The translations under genes and the position numbers were made by a program. This document shows positions 44,226-54,873 of a stretch of DNA of 64,000 nt, in pieces; position 1 is the stretch's first letter, and each line of letters begins with the position of its first letter. The stretch covers positions 64,001 through 128,000 of the forward strand of contig CAWBAT010000006.1 of assembly GCA_963786955.1 (NCBI GenBank), in the 5' to 3' direction. The notes under the pieces are model-generated. The model saw only the letters and a list, made by a program, of their open reading frames with translations. It was not told the DNA's origin and searched no databases. This stretch comes from an uncultured Acidimicrobiia bacterium. Its GTDB lineage: Bacteria; Acidobacteriota; Terriglobia; Versatilivoradales; Versatilivoraceae.

Positions 44226-46625
44226 ATGAGAGTAAGAATGATGAAACTTGCGCTGCGTGGAACCCTAAAGATGGCCGTGGTCATCGCGGTGGTGATATCA
44301 CTTGTAACACCATCCTTCTTGCTGGCCCAGACGTCCGCCAGACCCAACGACGGCTCTGTCCTTCCATTCCCGTCGGCCCCTTCGGCTAGTACCGCCGGTG
44401 AAAGCCTGGCGGAAAGTAAGCACGTACGCCGGACGGAAGCCAACCACTTGCCTAAGGCTGCCCCCAATATTGTAGTCATATTGATGGATGATGTTGGCTT
44501 TGGTACGCCTTCTACGTTTGGCGGTGAGATCAATACACCAACGCTATCGAGGGTTTACAACGAGGGTATTGCTTATAACGAATTTCACACGACCTCAATC
44601 TGTTCTCCCACCCGCGCCGCTCTTTTGACCGGGCGCAATCATACACGGGTAGGCAATGGTACCATTGCGGAGAGAGCTGTGGATTGGGATGGCTATGTTG
44701 GCGTGATGCCCAAAGAGGCCGCTACGGTTGCCGAAGTATTGAAAGATTACGGTTACAGCACTTCGGCATTTGGAAAATGGCACAACACTCCCGCCACCCA
44801 AACCACCAATGCGGGGCCATACGATTATTGGCCCAATGGCTATGGCTTCCAGCATTTTTATGGCTTCCTTTCAGGCGAAGTGACGCAATACGAACCAGGG
44901 CTGGTCGAAAACTACAACCAGGTGGAATTGCCTAAAAACGAAAAATACCATCTTTCAACTGACCTCGCCGACCACGCGATCACGTGGCTAAACCAACACC
45001 GGTCCTATCAGGCTGACAAACCGTTCCTTCTCTATTTTGCTCCGGGCGCAGGTCATGGCCCGCACCATATCTTCAAAGAATGGGCGGATAAGTACAAAGG
45101 CAAATTCGATGATGGCTGGGACGACTACCGCGAGAGAGTATTTAAACGCCAAAAAGCGATGGGTTGGATACCGGCCAGCGCACAACTTACATCACGAGAT
45201 AAAACCATGCCAGGCTGGGACAGCATCCCCGAAGCGCAAAGACCGTTCCAGCGACGGTTGATGGAAGTATTTGCCGGCTTTGTAGAACATGCTGATGCTC
45301 AGATTGGCCGGGTATTAGATGCTATCGAAGCCAATGGTCAAAAAGATAACACGATGGTTATCTTTATCTGGGGAGACAACGGTTCGAGTGCCGAAGGGCA
45401 AAACGGTTCGATCAGTGAACTGCTGGCGCAAAACAATATTCCGAATACCATCGAACAGCAAATGGCCGCGCTCGATAAGATGGGTGGATTGGATGTCCTG
45501 GGTACGAGTCTGACAGACAATATGTATCACGCGGGCTGGGCATGGGCCGGCAATACGCCCTTCAAGCATACGAAGCTCATCGCATCGCATTTTGGCGGTA
45601 CCCGCAATCCGATGGTCATCGCGTGGCCCGGTCATATCACACCCGACAAAACGCCGCGTGCGCAGTTTTCTCACGTGAACGACATTGTGCCCACTATCTA
45701 TGATGTGTTGGGCATCACCCCGCCGAAAGTTGTGAACGGATTTCCGCAGATGAAGATCGATGGCATCAGCCTGAAATATACGTTCAACACTGCTAAGGCG
45801 CCGCCGGCGGCCAAGACACAATTCTTCGATAACAACGGCAGCCGCGGCATCTATCACGATGGCTGGTACGCCTGCACGTTCGGTCCGCTTTTCCCCTGGA
45901 TACCCGCACAAGCGGGGCTCGACAAATGGGATTCGAAAAAAAACGTGTGGGAACTTTACAACCTGAATGATGACTACTCTCAATTCAACGATCTGGCAGC
46001 CAAAGAGCCCGCACGGCTAAAGAAAATGAAGGCTCTATTCCTGAAACAGGCAAAAGACAACTTGGATTTGCCGATTGGCGCCGGCATCTGGCTAAGACTC
46101 CATCCGGAAGATGTGCAGAGGTCTCCTTACAACAGCTGGGTCTTTGATGAGAGCACCAGACGGATGCCTGAATTCGCCGCTCCGGGTCTTGGTAAGAGAA
46201 GCAATAAGGTCGTTGTTGATGTGAATGTGCCGGCCAATGCAAACGGAGTGCTCTACGCACTGGGCGGTGCGGGTGCGGGGCTTACGGTGTTTATGGAGAA
46301 CGGCAAGCTGGTGTACGAGTACAACATGATGATCATCGAGCGGTACACCATAGAAAGCAACGCAGCGATTACCCCCGGCAGACACCAGATCGAGGTCACC
46401 TCGATCATTCCCAAGCCCATGGGCCCCGGCGATATCACCATCAAGGTGGATGGCGTGGAAGTGGTGAAAGGAACAGTGAAACGTACAGTTCCGGCCGCTT
46501 TCAGCGCCAGCGAAAGTTTTGACGTGGGTCTTGATATGGGCGCTCCTGTGTCGCTCCGCTATCACAAGAAAGCACCATTTAAATTCAATGGAAAGATCTA
46601 CACCGTGAAAGTGAATCTACTGTAA
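44226..46625 (+). CDS. Arylsulfatase (second homolog of the same subfamily)
   Basis: PNIVVILMDDVG, CSPTRAALLTG, GKWH, GDNG; signal peptide. Confidence 0.95.
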   Translation: MRVRMMKLALRGTLKMAVVIAVVISLVTPSFLLAQTSARPNDGSVLPFPSAPSASTAGESLAESKHVRRTEANHLPKAAPNIVVILMDDVGFGTPSTFGGEINTPTLSRVYNEGIAYNEFHTTSICSPTRAALLTGRNHTRVGNGTIAERAVDWDGYVGVMPKEAATVAEVLKDYGYSTSAFGKWHNTPATQTTNAGPYDYWPNGYGFQHFYGFLSGEVTQYEPGLVENYNQVELPKNEKYHLSTDLADHAITWLNQHRSYQADKPFLLYFAPGAGHGPHHIFKEWADKYKGKFDDGWDDYRERVFKRQKAMGWIPASAQLTSRDKTMPGWDSIPEAQRPFQRRLMEVFAGFVEHADAQIGRVLDAIEANGQKDNTMVIFIWGDNGSSAEGQNGSISELLAQNNIPNTIEQQMAALDKMGGLDVLGTSLTDNMYHAGWAWAGNTPFKHTKLIASHFGGTRNPMVIAWPGHITPDKTPRAQFSHVNDIVPTIYDVLGITPPKVVNGFPQMKIDGISLKYTFNTAKAPPAAKTQFFDNNGSRGIYHDGWYACTFGPLFPWIPAQAGLDKWDSKKNVWELYNLNDDYSQFNDLAAKEPARLKKMKALFLKQAKDNLDLPIGAGIWLRLHPEDVQRSPYNSWVFDESTRRMPEFAAPGLGKRSNKVVVDVNVPANANGVLYALGGAGAGLTVFMENGKLVYEYNMMIIERYTIESNAAITPGRHQIEVTSIIPKPMGPGDITIKVDGVEVVKGTVKRTVPAAFSASESFDVGLDMGAPVSLRYHKKAPFKFNGKIYTVKVNLL

Positions 46626-46944
46626 ACCGGCTGCCTATGTGTGGCTGTCGCCAAATGCGAACGCAGACCAGCGAGTGCAGGAGGTGACGGCCTCACAACA
46701 GGCAATGAAGCCGACGCGTTTCAGAATCGTTTCTGGAGGTGAGATTGTGAGATTCCTCATAAGAACAACTCCGCGAGTTTGGGCAGCCGGTCCGCTTCTC
46801 TGTCAACCGCAGTATAACGCCCGCAGCGTTTTCGGCGCACCGCACCGGACGATCCGCTTTAGCAGGGCAATTCTAGCACCGGGAAATAAAGACCGTTTTG
46901 ACTGAGTTGAACAAATTTTAACAAATAAAAAGGAGAAACAAATC

Positions 46945-47388
46945 ATGAAGACACTTACAATAATCGCCGTCCTGCTGGCTTCGCTTACGTCCGTGGTGAC
47001 CGCGGCGGACCGCAAGGGTGGGGCCAACATCCAGGAAACCACCAACACCATCAATGACTGCGAGAAGAGGACAAACAAGTTCAGAAAGACTCTGGACAAA
47101 GCCTTGGCTAGAGACAATGTTCGAGCCGGCCAGGGGCGGGAAGATCAACTCAACAATGATGCCAACCGCCTTGAAAACCAATTGGACAAGGTCGGCGACT
47201 CCTGGAACAAAAACCACAGCATAGACCAGACCCGGCAGCATGTTAGCGTCGCAATCGCAATCGCAAACGATATCAACAAGGCGATGCGCAACTGGAAAAT
47301 GGGTGGCGATGCAGAGTCCGAATGGGCTGCGATACGCGGGGAACTGAACCGTCTCGCGCAGACGTTTGGGGTCCCGAAAATCCGCTAA
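46945..47388 (+). CDS. Secreted alpha-helical hypothetical protein
   Basis: RBS AAGGAG, signal peptide MKTLTIIAVLLASL, amphipathic helices ending EWAAIRGELNRLAQTFG. Confidence 0.8.
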   Translation: MKTLTIIAVLLASLTSVVTAADRKGGANIQETTNTINDCEKRTNKFRKTLDKALARDNVRAGQGREDQLNNDANRLENQLDKVGDSWNKNHSIDQTRQHVSVAIAIANDINKAMRNWKMGGDAESEWAAIRGELNRLAQTFGVPKIR

Positions 47389-47394
47389 CTTGTA

Positions 47395-47437
47395 GCCGAC
47401 TGCGTCGAGGCTGAGATCTTCGCAGAACGCAGTCGGC
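47395..47437 (+). terminator. Stem-loop downstream of the secreted protein gene
   Basis: GCCGACTGCG ... CGCAGTCGGC 10-bp stem. Confidence 0.35.
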
Positions 47438-47591
47438 GTAAGGCAGGAGGTTTCAAATGGCATCGCCCGGGGAAAGATGGATCAGTGGCCGCTGAAAGGT
47501 TCTGCGTCAGGCCCACTCGACTGATCGCGACAGCAGGAGGACTTGCGTAGTTTCCGCGGTGTTAGTATTCTTAAGAGGGAGGGAAGTACTT

Positions 47592-47789
47592 ATGGTTCAT
47601 ATCACTGTTGCTCTCCCTGAGGACCATTTGCAAAAGTTGGAAGAGATTGCAGCACGCTTCAACGTTTCTCCGGAGACACTCGTTCGTGTCAGTGTCGAGG
47701 AATTGTTGGCCAAACCTGACGAGAGTTTCCAAAACGCTATAGATTATGTCCTGAAGAAGAACGCGGAACTTTATCGTCGGCTGGCATAA
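47592..47789 (+). CDS. Ribbon-helix-helix (CopG-like) antitoxin
   Basis: ITVALPEDHLQKLEEIA...VLKKNAELYRRLA; TAATG overlap with the toxin gene. Confidence 0.85.
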   Translation: MVHITVALPEDHLQKLEEIAARFNVSPETLVRVSVEELLAKPDESFQNAIDYVLKKNAELYRRLA

Positions 47790-48181
47790 TGCGCTTCCTC
47801 ACGCTAAGCGAAGTACTCGAGCTTCATCGCCGAGTGGCGGAGCCGTCTGGCGGCCTGATGGGGATTCGAGATTTGGGTGGGTTGGAATCTTCTCTGGCTC
47901 AGCCACGTATGACTTTTGGCGGTGCAGATCTCTATCCGAATCTTATCGAAAAGGCTTCGGCATTAGGTTTTTCAATCATCCAGAACCACCCTTTTGTCGA
48001 CGGGAATAAACGCACCGCCCATGCAGCGATGGAGACCTTCCTTATTTTGAATGGGTCCGAAATCCGGGCCGACCTGCACGAACAAGAGACAACTATTATC
48101 CAGCTGGCTTCCGGAACCATCAGTCGGGAAGACTTCGCCAATTGGCTTCGGAAACATGTCGTTCAAAGAGGGATAAGCTAA
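47789..48181 (+). CDS. doc: Fic/Doc family toxin (death-on-curing)
   Basis: GIRDLGGLES and the Doc motif HPFVDGNKRTA. Confidence 0.92.
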   Translation: MRFLTLSEVLELHRRVAEPSGGLMGIRDLGGLESSLAQPRMTFGGADLYPNLIEKASALGFSIIQNHPFVDGNKRTAHAAMETFLILNGSEIRADLHEQETTIIQLASGTISREDFANWLRKHVVQRGIS

Positions 48182-48220
48182 ACAGCGCTACAGGGCGTAA
48201 GCGAGATGTGCAACCTCGGA

Positions 48221-48282
48221 CGACAGGCGGGAACGCCTGTCGCCGCAACAAGTAGTAGCAACAGGTCTTCAGATCTGTTGTC
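48221..48282. repeat. REP-like family D copies
   Basis: CGACAGGCGGGAACGCCTGTCG hairpin and GTAGCAACAGGTCTTCAGATCTGTTG; related to 51571-51662. Confidence 0.6.
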
Positions 48283-48427
48283 CCGGGGCCAGCGGCTCCG
48301 GCTGCAACTAAACCTTCCAGCACTGGAAAGCTGAATTTCCGCACATCCCAGAAAAAGACCTTACCGGTGAGTCGTGCTTATGCAAGAATTGAGACTGCAA
48401 TCTTGGAAAGGTCCACCTCTCGTTTCG

Positions 48428-49599
48428 ATGCCTCACAATCCAATCCCATTAGCAAATTCAATACTCGGCGTTTCTCCCTCGAAAATTAGGGAGCTTGCCA
48501 ATATAGCGTTCGGAATGGACGGGGTGCTGCGTCTTTATTTCGGCGAATCGAACGCACCGACACCGCCATTCATTAAAGACGCGGCAATCACTGCATTGCA
48601 GGAAGGCTATACATTTTACACCCACAACGCGGGTCTGCAAGCCTTCGCCAGGCGATTGCTGATAAATATCAAGAACTTCATTCAGTCCATTTAGATCCTG
48701 CTTCGGAAGTCGTCGTCACGGCTTCTGGAGTTCAGGCGCTCAACGTGACGATCCGCTGCCTTCTCGATCCTGGTGATGAAGCGATCATTCTGACTCCGGC
48801 CTGGCCGAATGCCACTTCCATCGTTCAGATGTGCTCCGCTCTTCCTCTTGAAATTCCGCTTCACTCCAAGGCGAACGCTATGCAATCGATTTTGGCCTGT
48901 TGCGAAAAAGCTTGACCTCTAAGACTCGCCTTCTTATTTACACTTCCCCATCAAACCCATTAGGCTGGGTTGCCAGCCTCTCAGATCAGCGTAACCTGCT
49001 TTCATTTTGCCGTGAAAACAATCTCTGGTTGTTGGCCGATGAGGTCTATGAACGCCTCTACTATGAGGGAACGGTAGCCCCCTCAATCCTGAGACTCTGC
49101 AATCGCGACATACGCCGTGGTCGTGGTCAACTCCTTTTCGAAAACCTATTGCATGACGGGATGGCGTCTCGGTTGGTTGGTGGCGCCCCAAAAACTGGCT
49201 TCAAAGACGACGGAAATGAATGAATTTATCATTTCACATGCTCCTTCCATGGTTCAACGGGCAGGAGAAGTTGCCTTGCGAGAAGGCGAGAATGCAATTA
49301 GGGAGATGGTCCGGGAACTCCAGAAGAAGAGAGACTTCTGCCAGCAAGCATTGAAATCGATGCGCGGCGTCATTTTACCCAAGCCAGAGGGTGCCTTTTA
49401 TCTCTTCCCGAAGATCCTTGGACTGATCGATTCTTTTGAGTTTTGCCGTCAATTATTATTGAAAAAAAAGGTTGGGATTGCTCCAGGTGTGGCCTTTGGC
49501 GCCGGAGGAGAAGGGTACATTCGGATTTGTTACGCTGCCGACCGGACTGTCCTTGAGCCCGCAATGGAACGATTAGCTGAATTCCTGGAGAATTGGTAA
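48428..49599 (+). CDS. PLP-dependent aminotransferase class I/II, frameshifted
   Basis: YTHNAG, SPSNPLG, ADEVY, PLP-Lys motif SFSKTYCMTGWRLG, PEGAFY, PGVAFG. Confidence 0.92.
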
Positions 49600-49730
49600 T
49601 CAATCGATCATGCCGATAATTTTCGAATTCGGTTTGTCAAAGGAGCCTCTCGTTCTGAATACCCGTCACCTGGTCCAGACGGACCACCATTTCCCCCAAG
49701 GGAGAATTCAATTTGTTAATTCTATTTTTT

Positions 49731-49905
49731 CTATAAACAGGGTGCCCCGCTGGGGCTGGGACGGACGTCGCTCATAGAGCGCCGCTACAGGGGCGGAGGG
49801 TAAACGACCACCCCTCCTCGTTGCCCTTCGCCCACGAACTTTCCCCTCCATAGCAAAAGAGGGAATATAAAAGTGCATCGTGATTGATCCCCTGCCGATT
49901 CCCCC
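49731..49905. repeat. Mixed REP cluster (family C copy plus hairpin modules)
   Basis: GCCCCGCTGGGGC hairpin; CGTCGCTCATAGAGCGCCGCTACA at 49766-49789; CCCTC..GAGGG modules. Confidence 0.6.
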
Positions 49906-50107
49906 TAACAACGCTCGCGCAAATTCGTAACGGGTTGACACACTGTCCGCAATTCAGAGGACAAGGTCCACCATCTCTTAGTTTGTTCTCATCACTGCGC
50001 ACGGGGTGAATTTCCGTAAGGAATGATGCTACTATTCTGGCGGTATTCGGGATTCATCAGTTGCAGGCTCATTTCATCCGATCTGATTGGAGGTTTTTTA
50101 AAAGCAT

Positions 50108-51468
50108 ATGAAAGAGGCACTCAAGAAGTATCTGGATCGTCGCGATTTATTTAAGTTCGCAGGCAAGACGGCGACTGGTGTTGGCTTAGCCAGTTTCTTT
50201 GCGACAAGCGAAGACATTGAAGCTGCGATGCAAAACGTCAGCAGAAACTCAAACCTACCGAACTGAAAATTACTGACATGCGCGTGGCTGTAGTGGCTAA
50301 ATCGCCCATGAATTGCCCCATCATCCGGATTGATACGAATCAGGATATCTATGGCCTGGGAGAAGTTCGCGACGGAGCCGACCCAAATTACGCTCTCATA
50401 CTGAAGAGCCGCATACTCGGCGAGAATCCCTGCAATGTCGAGAAAGTTTTCCGCAAGATCAAACAATTTGGCGGCCACGCCCGTCAGGCGGGTGGAGTCT
50501 GTGCAGTGGAAATGGCGCTCTGGGATCTGGCGGGTAAAGCCTACAACGTTCCCGCCTATCAATTGCTGGGTGGAAAATACCGGGACAAAATCCGCTGTTA
50601 TGCCGACACGGAGGAAGCTAAAGATCCTAAAGTAACGGCCCATCGGATGAAAGAACGAATGGCCAAGGGTTTCACTTTCGTCAAGACAGACTTCGGAGTC
50701 AGTCTCATTTCCGATGTTCCAGGCACATTGACCGAGCCAAAGGGCGTAGATAATGTTGACTTGGAGCACCCTTTCACAGGCATTGAGTTGACGGACAAGG
50801 GAATTGCTCTGCTGGCTGATTATGTGGGACAGGTTCGAGAAATTATCGGGATGGAGATCCCGTTGGCGGGAGATCACTTTGGTCATATCGGAGTCAACAG
50901 TTGCATCCGTCTGGCCCGAGCGCTCGAGAAATACAACATGGCCTGGTTGGAAGATATGATTCCCTGGTTTTACACGGACTTGTTGAAGAAAATCACCGAT
51001 TCCGTCGACGTCCCAATTCTAACGGGAGAGGATATTTATCTGAAGGAAGGATTTGCCAAATTGGTAGAAGCTCACGCCGTCGATATGATCCAGCCGGATC
51101 TGGCGACTTCCGGGGGATTGTTAGAGACGAAAAAAATCGGGGATTATGCCGAGGAACATGGCGTTGCCATGGCCATGCATTTTGCAGGAACTCCGGTATC
51201 GTGTATGGCCAATGTCCATTGTGCCGCTGCCACTCGAAACTTCGTGGCTCTCGAGAACCATTCCGTGGATGTTCCCTGGTGGGACGATCTGGTGAACGGG
51301 ATACCCAAACCCATTTTGCAGAACGGATTCATCACTGTTCCGGAAGGCCCAGGGCTGGGAGTGACCCTCAATGAAGAGGTTGTCAAACAGCACCTGCTCG
51401 TACCCGGCTATTTTGAGCCGACGCCGCAGTGGAACAAGGAAAGCAGTCACGATCGGCTTTGGAGTTAG
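50108..51468 (+). CDS. Mandelate racemase / muconate lactonizing enzyme family protein with Tat-like leader, frameshift near 50255
   Basis: Leader with DRRDLFK; GLGEVRDG, EMALWDLAGKA, WLED, TGED, IQPD, GPGLG. Confidence 0.9.
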
Positions 51469-51491
51469 ACCGGCTCGGAGCGATTGTAGAT

Positions 51492-51893
51492 AAGCGGCGT
51501 CGCAGAGTCTGCCCTCAAGGTATGATTCATTTGGCGGGTCGAATTCCTGCGAGACCGGATCACCGATGTAGTAGGGACAGGCCTCCCGGCCTGTCCAGTG
51601 GCTGAAAGCCACCTCTGGCCACGCAACAGCGTTGCTCGACAGGCCAGGAGGCCTGTCGCTACCAAGCTGGCGTCGCAAGGCTCCACCCTGCAAACAATCC
51701 CAATCATGTAGGATCTAGTTTCTGTGACCGGCCTCGGAAACTCCTGATCAGAAAGCCCACGATTGCCGTACGAAGCACGTCAATCGTGGCTTCCAGAAAT
51801 CCACTCTGTAGGCCGGGTCACCCGACCCGGCGTTTAATCGTCCATAAGCGAGATCGCCGCTGAGGTTAGGCTTTGAGACACGCGAAGCCTACA
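51492..51893. repeat. Compound REP cluster between convergent genes
   Basis: GGCGTCGCAGAGTCTGCCCTC; inverted pair GTAGGGACAGGCCTCCCGGCCTGTCC / CGACAGGCCAGGAGGCCTGTCGCTAC; CCACGATTG..CAATCGTGG (related to 35980-36016); family B at 51807. Confidence 0.8.
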
Positions 51894-51914
51894 ACAGATA
51901 TTCAAACCGGTCTT

Positions 51915-53022
51915 TCAATCCGGGACTATCTTTATCTCGGCTCCAAACTTCCGGTATTTCTTGAATTCAATCACATTTTTGGTCTGAATTTTTGTTGCGC
52001 CTTCCGCCAGGATGACTTCGGCGTGCACAGGCAACCAGTACTTGATTCCCGCGATTTCTGCCAGGTCATAATCTACTGAACTTTCAGCTCGCGTGACCGG
52101 GAAGCTTAACGGAATATTCATGGCTTTGCTCTCAAGCCGCACGACGTTATGGGAGGCGGGATCCACCCAGCATCGTCCTCGATAAGCTGCGACAATGGTG
52201 CGCTCTTTGTTATAAGTGATCGTATACTTCGAATTTTCGAGACGACACTTGAAACCCAACCGAACCGTTTCATGGCCATTGCTCTGGTCAGCCCCTTCGA
52301 GACGAAAGTTGGCATTCGTTGAAGGGTCGAATAATTCGCGCAGCGAAGTTCCGAACTCCCCGGTCGACGTGGTTCCTGACATTTTTTCAATGGTCATGTC
52401 GGTCGCAATCTTGTTGGAAACTGTCAATACCTTGTAGTGTTCACGCCCATCATAATAGGATAGTTCCGCCACGAAATTATCCTCCTGCCGCCATCCCCCG
52501 GGAAGAAAACGAACAAACCTTTGAGTAATCTGGGTGCAAATAAAATTCGGCAATTGCTCGGTATAGCCTAATGCTTTCCCGCGGGTGTTCTTCGAGGAAC
52601 TCGGGCCATTCTGATTCCGAGATCGGAGGCAGAAATCTTTCCGATTTCCGCTGGTTGTAGTGCTGGAAGGCACATTTCTATTTTGGGGAGAATCTTTCGG
52701 CGCCTGCGGAGTCCCCGGAACGAAATCTTTCCCTTTATTACGAATCTGCCGCAAGGTCTCAATGATGGCGACGTCGGCTTCCCGTGCCTTCAATTCCACC
52801 AGGAAGACATCTGTCACAGAGAACTTGACTCCTCGAAGTTGGATCAGCTCGACAACCCGGTTGACTGGGAGCTCCCCGAGACGCGATGAAGTGACTAACG
52901 ACAAGACTTCGTCTTCACTGAGCGGCTGTTTGGGCTGTTCCTGACTCGCCATGAAAGGCATACCCGCACAACAAAACCAGGATCACCGTCCCGCTGACAA
53001 TCTTGCTAAATAAATTTCTCAT
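51915..53022 (-). CDS. Secreted hypothetical protein of an Acidobacteria-type family, frameshifted
   Basis: Signal MRNLFSKIVSGTVILVLL; LPNFICTQ, STGEFG, YRGRCWVDP, YWLP, EFKKYRKF. Confidence 0.7.
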
Positions 53023-53280
53023 GGACCTTTTCTGGGAAGCAGATCGAGAGTTCGAACAGAAGGCCCGCCCGTAAGACACATCATATTTTGACATCACTTG
53101 CCGTATCTTGGAATCATATTTCAACAATTCCGAATCCGGAAGTTGAGTCAGGGCTCTTTTACTTTGGGCTGTATTGTCGAGTGCTCTTCAAACACTCCAA
53201 AGGAGGGAAATATTCCGGTGGTAGGCGAGCGTGGGATGAAGCAATGATCCAACGATTAAGGGATCGTTGGCTCGCTTCAA

Positions 53281-54195
53281 TCAGGCACTGGCCGCTTGTT
53301 CCCGCATGAATTGAAGTGTCTCTTCGTAGGTGGGTATTCCGGCTCGTCCTCCGAGCTTCTTGCAGGACAGAGCCGCAACAGCGGAGGCTAATCCAATCGA
53401 TTCAGGTACTTCAAAACCCCGCGAAAGGGCAAAACAAAACGCACCGTGGAAAGAATCACCCGCGCCAGTAGTATCCACGACTCTTACCTTGAAAGCAGGC
53501 ACTTTGAATATTTTGTCCTGGTAGAGATAAGTGCATCCCTCCTCTCCTAAGTAATGATAGGGACTTTGACACCTTTAGACTTCATGGCATGTAAAGCACT
53601 GGCATAATCACCTTTCCCGCCAAAAAACTCTGCCAGCGGTTTGGGCACAATGGCGTAGTCGGCCAGGCTTAATAGCTCTAGACTCGGTTGGTTTGGCTCG
53701 TGCACATCAGCGACTACGGAAATCCCATGGGACTTGGCAAAATGAGCCGCTATTTGTGCCGCTTCAATCCAGGAAGCATCGATCAGAAGCATTTTGGCTT
53801 TTCGAATTCGCTCCAAATTGAGCTGATTCAAATCCACGTAGAGATTTTTTTGGGAATGGACGACGAAGGCTCTTTTGCCGCTGTCGGCTTGAACCATCAC
53901 AAAACAAACACCTGTCTTTCCATCCGGCACCATATGGACTTGAGACGTGTTCACGTTGAATGCCTTTAGTTCTTTCAACCACAGCATGCCCCGTTTCGTC
54001 ATCTCCCAGGCGTCCCCATAGTTCAGTGCTTGCGCCCAGGTGCTGAGCAGTGGCAAGGGCGGTAGCAACCATCCCTCCCCCTTGGATTTCATACTGCGAG
54101 CTTGGAGTGACGCCTTCCCGGCTGGGAAATTCCGGAACAATCATCAGATGGTCCAACACCGCTAGCCCGATACCAATAATTTCTGAGTGCATCAA
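53281..54195 (-). CDS. PfkB/ribokinase-family carbohydrate kinase, frameshifted
   Basis: GIGLAVLD, QGGGMVATA, PfkB signature DTTGAGDSFHG. Confidence 0.92.
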
Positions 54196-54238
54196 TCATG
54201 ACCCGCCATAGTGAATTGGTCCTACTGTAAGGCAAGTC

Positions 54239-54268
54239 AGTATAATGACTTCCAATTATCCCCGTCAA
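54239..54268 (-). promoter_or_regulatory. Putative sigma-70 promoter for the PfkB kinase gene
   Basis: Minus strand TTGACG-N18-TATACT. Confidence 0.45.
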
Positions 54269-54372
54269 CGGCAATCGGCCCCAGCTAGTAATGCGTCAGT
54301 TACGGGGGGAAATCTGTAAGGGCAATGCCTTCGGTGACGATTTGAGATTGTCGCTTCTGTAGCGGCTGAGTG

Positions 54373-54772
54373 GGTAGGGACGGACCGCCGGGCCGTCCGC
54401 GGCGCGCTCGGCGAGCGCGCCCTACCAGAAATTCCCCCGATAACTAACGCATAACCCCAGCTAATCCAGATTGGACGGAATGCGTTGGAGCCCGACTGTT
54501 CAAACGGACCTCCTGCTCGGGGGGCGGAGTTCCACGACGCCGTTGTCAACCAGTGTACGCACGCACAGGAGCGTTGTCCCCAATCGGGCATTCATCATTG
54601 ATCAAGCGTGCGCAGGAGCGCCCGCTCCACCCCTACCAAATGACAGTCGATCGGATACAGCATGTGGAATCATACGGCCTCGTGGAACTCGGCCCCCCAA
54701 CTCGAAACGTCGATTGGAGGATGCATTCTGTCGGGCGTTCAACGGGGGTGCGCAGGAGCGCCCGCTCCACCT
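54373..54772. repeat. Nested REP mosaic
   Basis: GGTAGGGACGGACC..GCGCGCCCTACC (54373-54426); inverted pair GGGGGGCGGAGTTCCACGACGCC / GGCCTCGTGGAACTCGGCCCCCC enclosing a family A half; a second family A half ends at 54771. Confidence 0.8.
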
Positions 54773-54873
54773 AATAAGGATTCGGGCTATGAAATGTTCT
54801 TGGAAATTAAGGGAGAGAGGCTCTGCCAGGCAAAGAAAGGGATTGAACACCAGAACTGGGGAGGCTTGCAATA

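Noticed and set aside
36000-48300. Prophage or complete integron
   Set aside because: No integrase, structural phage genes or intact attC sites. The SLT and Doc genes alone are insufficient.
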